Shown here: one piece after another, positions 17,958-25,521 of the stretch | How positions within the stretch are numbered: position 1 is the first letter of the stretch | Layout: every line of letters starts with the position of its first letter | Assembly: GCA_013285705.1 (NCBI GenBank) | Contig: JABDHA010000005.1 | Span: 25,325-89,324, forward strand | DNA from: Acidobacteriota bacterium | Lineage (GTDB): Bacteria > Acidobacteriota > Terriglobia > Terriglobales > Acidobacteriaceae | DNA: 64,000 nt | Reading direction: 5' to 3' | Translations under genes and position numbers: made by a program | Notes under the pieces: model-generated | Told to the model about the DNA's origin: nothing | Database searches by the model: none | Seen by the model: the letters and a program-made list of their open reading frames with translations, nothing else

Positions 17958-20168
17958 TTGAATGAACGCGCTCAAGTAACTGACGGCGGCTTTCGCCCCG
18001 GCGCGGGACGGCGCAAGGTAGCTGGCGGCGTCGCGCTGGCAGTGTTGCTTCTTCTAGCCGTAGCCGTCGGCTCGATGACCGGCCTCATGCTCGTCTACTC
18101 GGTCAATCTTCCCCAGATTGACGACCTGATGCGGTACCGCCCTAATACGACAACCGATCTTTATGACACGCACGGCCGCATCTTTGGCTCCTTCGCGCTG
18201 GAGCGTCGCATCATTGTCAATTACAACGATCTCTCGCCGCTCCTGCGCGAGGCGGTGATATCGATCGAAGACAAAAATTTTGAAAGCCACTGGGGTGTGA
18301 ACTTCTTCCGCGTCCTCGAGGCTGCCTATCACGATCTCTCCTCCAAGAACCGCGCCCAGGGGGCTTCCACGCTGACCATGCAGCTGGCGCGCAATCTCTT
18401 CCTCTCGAGCGAGCGCACCTTCGGACGCAAGCTGCAGGAAGTGCTGCTCTCGATTCAGATCGAGCGCAAATTTACCAAGCAGCAGATCTTTACGTTGTAT
18501 GCCAACCAGATTTACCTGGGGCGTGGGGTGTATGGGTTCGAGGCCGGCTCAGAATACTACTTCAGCAAGCATGCCAAAGACCTTACCCTGCCGGAAGCGG
18601 CGCTGCTGGCGGGGCTGCCCAAGGGGCCGTCTGAGTATTCCCCCGTGTTGAATCCCGACAAGGCCTTCCGGCGGCGGAACATGGTCGTCAACTCCATGCT
18701 GGAAGACGGCGTCATCACCACGGCACAGGCGAACGTGGCCCGCTCCGCGCCTCTGGGGCTGCATATCCAGACCCCGCCAAACAGCATCGCTCCATGGTTT
18801 GTGGAAGAGGTCAGGCGGGAACTGGAGCGTAAATTCGGCTCCGACCAGGTGCACCAGGCCGGGTTGAAGGTCTACACCACGCTCGATCTCGATTTGCAGC
18901 AGACGGCCAATCGCGCAGTGCTCGATGGGCTGGCGGGCTACGAGCGGCGGCATGGGTGGCGCGGCCATCTATTGAACGTCATCGCCGGTGGCGTGGGCAT
19001 GGAAGGCTTCAAACATCCCGACTGGGTGCTGCCTCCGGAGCCGGGAGCATACGTGCACGCTCTGGTCACGGGCGTCCTGCCCTACCAGGTGACGGCGCGC
19101 GTTGGCGACGATCAGCTGGTCCTTACGCCGGAAGACTGGGCATGGACCGGCTTCAAGACCGCAGAAGGCTTCCTGAAGGAAGGCGATATTGTGTACGTCC
19201 ACCTGAGCGGCCAGGATGGCAATCTGCTGCGCGGCACCCTCGAAGAGGATTCCGGAGCCCAGGGGTCGCTGATGGCGATGGACAATGCCACAGGCGACGT
19301 GCTGGCCATGGTCGGCGGCCGCGATTTCAACCTGTCGCAATTCAACCGGGCGACGCAGGCCGAGCGGCAGACCGGCTCCTCCTTCAAGCCCTATGTGTAC
19401 ACTGCGGCGATTGAAGAGGGTGCAACTCCGGAAGAAAAAATCCTCGATGCCCCCACTTCATTCGGCGGCTACACCCCGCATAACTACGAGGGCAATTACC
19501 TCGGAAACATCACCTTGCTCAAGGCCTTTGCCGACTCGCGGAACATTCCGGCGCTCAAGCTGGCAGAACACGTCGGCATCCGCAAGGTCATCGACGTGGC
19601 GCACCAGTTCGGCATCACGTCGAACATTCCGGCGTTTCTGCCGGTCGCGCTCGGTTCGGTCGAGGTCACGCTCGAAGAGCAGATGGCGGCCTACGCGGCT
19701 TTCCCCAACGACGGCATCCGCATCGCGCCACGCCTTATCCAGCGCGTGACGACGGCCGAGGGCGTTCCGCTGATGGAAGACACGCCTGAAGTCACTGAAG
19801 CCACCAGCGCGAAGACAGCGCGCACCATGATGGTTCTGTTGCGCGAGGTGACGCATAGTGGAACAGCCGCAATTGCGGCGGCTCTCAACCACCCCTTGGG
19901 CGGCAAGACGGGCACGACCAGCGACTTTACCGACGCCTGGTTTGTCGGCTTCTCCCCATCGACCACCTGCGGCGTCTGGATGGGCTATGACAGCCGCGAA
20001 TCCCTGGGCGACAAGGAAACAGGCGCCAAGGCAGCTCTGCCGCTCTGGATGGACTTTATGCAGGCGGCGATTACCGGGAAAGACGGCGAAACCTTCCCTG
20101 GCGATCTGCGGAATGGCCAGCCTGGCCCTTTGCGGGTGGCGCGTGCTGCCGTCAAGGCGATTCATTGA
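17958..20168 (+). CDS. Class A penicillin-binding protein (PBP1A family)
   Basis: Transglycosylase motifs EDKNFESHWG, QGASTLTMQL and RKLQE. Transpeptidase motifs SSFK, SRN and KTGT. Confidence 0.96.
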   Translation: MNERAQVTDGGFRPGAGRRKVAGGVALAVLLLLAVAVGSMTGLMLVYSVNLPQIDDLMRYRPNTTTDLYDTHGRIFGSFALERRIIVNYNDLSPLLREAVISIEDKNFESHWGVNFFRVLEAAYHDLSSKNRAQGASTLTMQLARNLFLSSERTFGRKLQEVLLSIQIERKFTKQQIFTLYANQIYLGRGVYGFEAGSEYYFSKHAKDLTLPEAALLAGLPKGPSEYSPVLNPDKAFRRRNMVVNSMLEDGVITTAQANVARSAPLGLHIQTPPNSIAPWFVEEVRRELERKFGSDQVHQAGLKVYTTLDLDLQQTANRAVLDGLAGYERRHGWRGHLLNVIAGGVGMEGFKHPDWVLPPEPGAYVHALVTGVLPYQVTARVGDDQLVLTPEDWAWTGFKTAEGFLKEGDIVYVHLSGQDGNLLRGTLEEDSGAQGSLMAMDNATGDVLAMVGGRDFNLSQFNRATQAERQTGSSFKPYVYTAAIEEGATPEEKILDAPTSFGGYTPHNYEGNYLGNITLLKAFADSRNIPALKLAEHVGIRKVIDVAHQFGITSNIPAFLPVALGSVEVTLEEQMAAYAAFPNDGIRIAPRLIQRVTTAEGVPLMEDTPEVTEATSAKTARTMMVLLREVTHSGTAAIAAALNHPLGGKTGTTSDFTDAWFVGFSPSTTCGVWMGYDSRESLGDKETGAKAALPLWMDFMQAAITGKDGETFPGDLRNGQPGPLRVARAAVKAIH

Positions 20169-20200
20169 AGCTTGCACTGAAACTAGAGCATCTAATCGGT

Positions 20201-20434
20201 ATGTCACAGAAACGTGTTGTACTTTACAGCCAGCCCGGATGTCCTCCCTGCTTTGCTGCCAAACATTTCTTCAGCTCGCGCGAGATCCCCTTTGAATACA
20301 AGGATGTGACCGCCGATCCCAAGGCCCTGCAGGAGTTGATGGACTTGAACAGCCAGTCCACGCCGACCATCGTGGTCGATAACGAGGTGATGATCGGCTT
20401 CGATATGGATCGCCTGGAGCAATTGCTCGGCTGA
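20201..20434 (+). CDS. Glutaredoxin/NrdH-like redoxin
   Basis: YSQPGCPPC (CxxC), TPTIVV and IGFD. Confidence 0.9.
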   Translation: MSQKRVVLYSQPGCPPCFAAKHFFSSREIPFEYKDVTADPKALQELMDLNSQSTPTIVVDNEVMIGFDMDRLEQLLG

Positions 20435-20545
20435 TTCGGCATCGACTACCTCCTCCCCCTGAATTGTTCCGAGATTGTTCGTCTTCAATGAGATACAGGG
20501 AGCAATCCCAATAGATCGTTTGCTTTCAATGAGTTAGAAAGATAA

Positions 20546-20620
20546 CTGAGCATAGCGAAGAATCCAACGATATTGACCTCACCCATCGTTGAGATTCTTC
20601 TCCTCAGCTTCGCTCAGGAC
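20546..20620. repeat. Degenerate inverted REP pair
   Basis: CTGAGCATAGCGAAGAATCC (+, 20546-20565) and GTCCTGAGCGAAGCTGAGGAGAAGAATCTC (-, 20591-20620). Both resemble the element at 62243. Confidence 0.55.
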
Positions 20621-20762
20621 CTGGCAAGATCTGCCCTGTTTCCAGTGCAGCAAATTCCCTCATAATTCCCTGTCACCTTCCCTGGACTGACTTCCATCGG
20701 CTGATACGTTATGTTTGTTGAGTCAGTTGAGGGATTTCTCCGCCTGTGGTGCCTGACAGCGC

Positions 20763-21065
20763 ATGCTGAAAATGAAGATACGGACGCTGCTCGAACGTGT
20801 TGCCCTGGGAGTGCTGATCGCGCTTCCCGCTCTTTATGCAGGAGACTGGCTGGTGTACCACCTCCGGCTATCGCGTGGGACCGCCTTCGACTCCGTCACT
20901 GTGAAACAGTTCATCTCTGTCCCGCTGAAGAATGGAAGAAATGAATACGATTACGCTGGCTCGCAGCCGGTACCCTGCGTGAAGGCCATTTTTCCCTGGG
21001 GCGATGATGATCCCTGCTGGTGGGTTCGGCGACATACCGAGGTTGGCATCTCGCAAACACGGTGA
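20763..21065 (+). CDS. Hypothetical single-TM protein
   Basis: TM helix followed by PCVKAIFPWGDDDPCWWVRRH, a Cys pair in a protein-like sequence. Confidence 0.7.
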   Translation: MLKMKIRTLLERVALGVLIALPALYAGDWLVYHLRLSRGTAFDSVTVKQFISVPLKNGRNEYDYAGSQPVPCVKAIFPWGDDDPCWWVRRHTEVGISQTR

Positions 21066-21100
21066 TGCTTTGCTTCACTCTCTACGAATGGAGTTCTCTA

Positions 21101-22642
21101 GTGCGGAAATGGTTGGGCTTCACACTTTGCTTTTTGGCCAGCACATTTGCGCTGTGCTCCGACGCACCCAATTTCACTTTTTCAGATCCTCCGGGAGCGC
21201 ATGCAGTTGGCTTTCGGGTCGTCCACCAATATGACTACTCCCGCACCTACCGGTACAAAGTTGATCCTGCCGGGCAGCCGTTTCACGGAGACCTTGCCCG
21301 GCCCATCCAGACATTGATCTGGTATCCGGCGCAGAAGAACTCCGCAGCGCATGTTACGTATGGCGATTATCTTGCGCTCTTTGCCACGGAAGAAAACTTT
21401 TCGCCTGCGCCTGCGGAAGCAGCGCAAACCATTCGTGATGCTGAGAAAGACCACGATGCGAGCTCCGCACCTGCCATGTGGGCGGTGAAAGACGCCAAAC
21501 CGGAAGCTGGCGTATATCCGGTTGTGATTTATGCCCCGAGTTTCAGTGCACCAGCTTTTGAAAATGCCGACCTATGCGAATATCTGGCGAGCCACGGATA
21601 TGTGGTGGTCGCAAGTCCGGACATGGGCGCTTACACACGCGACATGACCGCGAATATGGAAGGCATCGATGCGCAGGCGCATGACATATCCTTCCTGATC
21701 GGTTTTGCCCGTACCATTCCGCAGGCAGACCTCTCTCAGATTGCAGTCGCAGGCTTCAGCTGGGGCGGCATATCGAACTTCTTCGCTGCCGCACGGGATA
21801 GCCGCATCACCGCGCTGGTCGCGCTCGATGGCTCAGCCCGCTATTACCCCAAGCTGATTGAAGATTCGAAATACGTGCGCCCGCAGGATATGAGCCTGCC
21901 TCTGCTGTTCTTTACTCAGAGCGATATGAGCCTTGAAAACATCAATGAATACAAACTTGATATCTCTGGAAATGTTCTGAACGAGATGAAGCGCAGCGAC
22001 GTGTACATCGTGCACATGCACGATATGCGGCATGGCGATTTTTCATCTCTGTTTCAACGCTCTCCGCGATATTGGAAAGACGACCCCCCAGGTGAGTACT
22101 CGCCGCAGGAGGCAGCCGCGAGCTATAGCTGGATGGCCCAGTATGTTCTGCAGTTTTTGAATGCGACGTTGAAGCATGATTCCGCAGCAATGGCATTTCT
22201 CAAGAACCCTCCTGCGAAAGATGGCGTGCCTTTGCACATGCTGGCGACGGATGTTCGCGAGGCGAAGGGCTTCCCGCCTACGATCGCGGGCATGGCGGTT
22301 GAGCTGAACAAGCGAGGTTTCAACCACGCGGGCGAGGTCTACGCCGAGGCAAAGAAAGAAGACCCGGATTTAAAAATGGATAACGATGCGATCGATTCCT
22401 GGGGTTACCAATTGATGCAGCAGAACCATCTGCCCGAAGCGATAGAAATATTCAAACTGAATATCTCGTTGCATCCAGACTCGTCGCATATCCACGTCAG
22501 CCTTGGCGAAGCATACGAAAAGAGCGGCCAAAAAGACCTGGCCATCAGCAACTACAAGAAGGCGCTCGAAATAGATCCTGAAAATAAAGACGCCGCGGAG
22601 CATCTGAAAACGCTGCAGGCTGCGAATGCTTCTCCGCAGTAA
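21101..22642 (+). CDS. Secreted alpha/beta hydrolase (dienelactone hydrolase-like) with C-terminal TPR
   Basis: GTG start after GGAG, signal peptide, YLASHGYVV, nucleophile elbow AGFSWGG, and TPR SLGEAYEKSGQKDLAISNYKKALEIDP. Confidence 0.88.
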   Translation: MRKWLGFTLCFLASTFALCSDAPNFTFSDPPGAHAVGFRVVHQYDYSRTYRYKVDPAGQPFHGDLARPIQTLIWYPAQKNSAAHVTYGDYLALFATEENFSPAPAEAAQTIRDAEKDHDASSAPAMWAVKDAKPEAGVYPVVIYAPSFSAPAFENADLCEYLASHGYVVVASPDMGAYTRDMTANMEGIDAQAHDISFLIGFARTIPQADLSQIAVAGFSWGGISNFFAAARDSRITALVALDGSARYYPKLIEDSKYVRPQDMSLPLLFFTQSDMSLENINEYKLDISGNVLNEMKRSDVYIVHMHDMRHGDFSSLFQRSPRYWKDDPPGEYSPQEAAASYSWMAQYVLQFLNATLKHDSAAMAFLKNPPAKDGVPLHMLATDVREAKGFPPTIAGMAVELNKRGFNHAGEVYAEAKKEDPDLKMDNDAIDSWGYQLMQQNHLPEAIEIFKLNISLHPDSSHIHVSLGEAYEKSGQKDLAISNYKKALEIDPENKDAAEHLKTLQAANASPQ

Positions 22643-22706
22643 AAAAAAGATGCAGCCACTTCATTCAGAGCGCGGATGACAGATTGATATTTCAGCCTTA
22701 AAGGCC

Positions 22707-24092
22707 CTAGCGTGGATCGACCAGGCCCATGGCCAGCATTCCGAGCGCGGTGATGCTGGGCAGAAAGAAATAATCTCCGCCTCGCAGCTCGACAAAATTC
22801 GGCAGCTTGCTGCAGATGAAAGGCGGATTCGCCGCGCTTGCATCTCCCTGCACGACAAACTTGCCGCGTCCGCCGTGGTTGCCCATCAGCATATCTTTGT
22901 CGTTGCCCAGATGCGGATCGTTGCCGTATTCAATCCACTGCTGCTGCACGAATTCAAACTGGCGCGAGATGCTTGCATTGAGCGCCATGAAGATGACGCC
23001 GCGCTCCTCGGTGTCAGAGGCGGGCTCACCTTCGGCGGCGAATGGTCCGTAGGGAAGACCGCGCCGGGTGATGCGTCGGCGATCGATCAGCTTGCCGTTG
23101 AAGCCGAAGGCGTCACGCGGATGAACGCGCCGAACGTGCGCGCCGATAGGACAGCGCATACCCTCCGGATCGGCGCCGTAGGTGAAGTTTGTGCTGCGGT
23201 TCGGATCCTGTGCGATAGATGAATCCGGGTTGTCTGGAGACAATTCCAGGGGCGTTCCGTCTCTCCAGCGGCCGATGAATTTTGCGGCCAGTTTTTCCTT
23301 GCCGCCGCCGTAGAGTGCCGCGTGCTCATCGAGGTAAGCGCGGAAGGTCGCGAGGTTCTGGTGCAGCTTGCGATAGACCATGAAGGTCCCGTTGCTGGCG
23401 AGTATGTGCGGCATCGGCGCAACGGGCAGCTCGCCGGCTTCATCGGCATAGCCTAGCAGCAGCTCGCCGGTCGCGAGTGGCGCCCAGCTTCCGTTCGGCA
23501 GCAGCTTGCCTTGGCCGGGCTGCGAGCTCCGCCCCACGCCCAGGTAGTCAGGATTGCCAAAGCCATCGGTAAAACCGAAATGTTCGCGTGTGGTTGGCTT
23601 GCCGTCGATCACGACAGCGGCCGCCTCCTGCGCTGCGAGCGCGACCGCGCCGCCGGTTTCCTCAAGAAGCTCGACCATCGCCGCGCAGCGATGATCCAAA
23701 GCAGCGGGCGATTGCGCATTGATGCCCAACCACGCGTGCACGCGGTCGTCGCGCCAAAGTTCGTCCCACCGCTCAGGGGAATTGAGGCCAGTGTCTCCCA
23801 GAATTCCGGCGCGTTTCTTCATGCCTTGCTGGAACTCAACGGGAAAGCTGAGCAGTGTGGCATCGGGCAGCTCCAGAGCAGCCAGTCCTTGCTGCGTGAA
23901 GGCGATGTTGACTGTGCTTTCGGGCTTTCCGCCATCCCAGAGCTGGCCGGTGGTCACGTGATGAAGCAGGCGGCCGATAAGCATGCGCGCGCGGGCTGCG
24001 TCTTCAAAGTGCAGAAAGAAATACCGCGCAACGGGCAGATTGTAGCCGCGCAGCACAAACCCCTGAATATCTGTCTCATTCAGCTTACTCAT
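22707..24092 (-). CDS. Dyp-type (dye-decolourising) heme peroxidase
   Basis: DIQGFVLRGY, EHFGFTDG (GxxDG), YRKLHQN, GRWRDG, CPIGAHVRRVHPRD (proximal His), RRGLPYG and QFEFVQQQW. Start set to MSKLNETD. Confidence 0.93.
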   Translation of the reverse strand: MSKLNETDIQGFVLRGYNLPVARYFFLHFEDAARARMLIGRLLHHVTTGQLWDGGKPESTVNIAFTQQGLAALELPDATLLSFPVEFQQGMKKRAGILGDTGLNSPERWDELWRDDRVHAWLGINAQSPAALDHRCAAMVELLEETGGAVALAAQEAAAVVIDGKPTTREHFGFTDGFGNPDYLGVGRSSQPGQGKLLPNGSWAPLATGELLLGYADEAGELPVAPMPHILASNGTFMVYRKLHQNLATFRAYLDEHAALYGGGKEKLAAKFIGRWRDGTPLELSPDNPDSSIAQDPNRSTNFTYGADPEGMRCPIGAHVRRVHPRDAFGFNGKLIDRRRITRRGLPYGPFAAEGEPASDTEERGVIFMALNASISRQFEFVQQQWIEYGNDPHLGNDKDMLMGNHGGRGKFVVQGDASAANPPFICSKLPNFVELRGGDYFFLPSITALGMLAMGLVDPR

Positions 24093-24717
24093 TGCGGCCG
24101 CCCGTCTTGATGGAGCGGGGTTGTCCCATCGAACCAGGCCTGGGGACGGGCGCAGATTTGAGTTCGGCCACGAAACGCGCGAACTCCGTCTGCAACCGCG
24201 CGGGTTCCATGCCCTGATGATCAGCGATGAAGTCAGCAACAGCGTGTTGTGTCTGCAGAGCACGCAGCGTCTCCGGCACAGACTTGTCGTTGACGGCTGC
24301 GAAGTAGAAGGTCGTCTCAAGCTGGCATGCCTTCATGTAGTCGATGAACGCCTGTTGATTGGCTGCTCCCGGGTATCCGACGCAGTGGCTCCAGATGGCA
24401 TCGAGATGCTCCGGGACGCTGGCGGCGAGTCCGGCAAGATAGTTGTCCAGCTCACCGTCGCAGTTGGATTCAAAGACAAGATATTTCGATTTGAGATGTT
24501 CTTCGCACGCGGGCATGCCGACGTAGATCACATCGTCCATGACAACGAGCCGGGCGAGATGCGTTCCGGGCGCGAGCGCGAACGGGCTTTGTTCGCCGGT
24601 CGGCAGTGTGGCGAGATACTTGCGGATTTGCAGGTCGTGCGACGGCGTGGCCTGCTCGTCGTCGATGATGGGCGAGAGAATCGTCAGTCCGTAAACAGTG
24701 CCGTTCTTGTTTGGCAT
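24085..24717 (-). CDS. Dyp-associated hypothetical protein B
   Basis: THLARLVV..YLVFESNCDG..IWSHCVGYPG. Its stop overlaps the Dyp start. Confidence 0.85.
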   Translation of the reverse strand: MPNKNGTVYGLTILSPIIDDEQATPSHDLQIRKYLATLPTGEQSPFALAPGTHLARLVVMDDVIYVGMPACEEHLKSKYLVFESNCDGELDNYLAGLAASVPEHLDAIWSHCVGYPGAANQQAFIDYMKACQLETTFYFAAVNDKSVPETLRALQTQHAVADFIADHQGMEPARLQTEFARFVAELKSAPVPRPGSMGQPRSIKTGGRNE

Positions 24718-24728
24718 CGTCGCTTTCT

Positions 24729-25325
24729 CTAAAACACAATGGGAGCTTCACCGGTCTCGCCGAGGTGAGCTTGCACCTCGAGCACGAAGCGCAGATACGC
24801 ATCGGCGAACTGTTCCGGCGTGCAAGCCTGCGCGCGCTGGCTGAGGCTGTCAAGCGAAGCCTGCACGATGTGTGCCGACTTCAGATCATTTGCCGCTGCG
24901 TGAGGATAGGCGGTGTAGTAATAATCCGTATCGAACTGGACGCGTGCGATGTATTCCTTGAACGGGGTAACCGGAACGGCGCCGGGAAATTTCTCGCTCC
25001 ATCGCCAGACCAGATTGAGTCCTTTGCTCAGCACCGCCGAGAACGCGTCGATATATTGGTTCCAGGTTCCGTTGAAGTTGCTGAAGAAGAGGAGATAGTC
25101 GTACTGCAACTCTTCTTTCACCTGGCCGTTCCCGAGAAAAGGAAACTGCCTGCGAGGAAGAACGACCCAACGCGCGAATTCGATGAAGGAAAGATTGATC
25201 AGGTCCTGTTGCAACGGCTTGATATGCCCGAGCAGAAAGAAGAACCCACGCAACACGAGCGTCTTCCACGGCTTCATTGGCGTGATGGCATTCAACGCGT
25301 AGATTTTGCCGTTGATATTGCTCAT
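24729..25325 (-). CDS. Dyp-associated hypothetical protein A (paralogue of B)
   Basis: IEFARWVV..YLLFFSNFNG..VWRWSEKFPG. GGAG RBS, and 11 nt from the next gene. Confidence 0.85.
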   Translation of the reverse strand: MSNINGKIYALNAITPMKPWKTLVLRGFFFLLGHIKPLQQDLINLSFIEFARWVVLPRRQFPFLGNGQVKEELQYDYLLFFSNFNGTWNQYIDAFSAVLSKGLNLVWRWSEKFPGAVPVTPFKEYIARVQFDTDYYYTAYPHAAANDLKSAHIVQASLDSLSQRAQACTPEQFADAYLRFVLEVQAHLGETGEAPIVF

Positions 25326-25521
25326 CGCGCTCCCCGGCGGCTTCGGGCGAGGACCATGCGATCGTTATAGGCTGGCAACCTGGGCGTCAAAGCGGCTCTC
25401 CGCGAGAAAGTGCACCATTATTACCTAAAAGCCGCAAAGTGCGCACTGAAAATCAGAGCGCGTGAGTCCCTTGCAGGATGGTTCATGTCATGGTGGCTTC
25501 TATGGAAGCCGGACGAGGCTT

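Noticed and set aside
18360-20160. PBP1A region looks more GC-rich than its neighbours (possible allele replacement)
   Set aside because: This is a visual impression only and could reflect codon bias. It needs a computed GC3 profile and a phylogeny.
20201-20434. Selenocysteine-containing glutaredoxin
   Set aside because: Both active-site codons are Cys (TGT, TGC), and there is no in-frame TGA.
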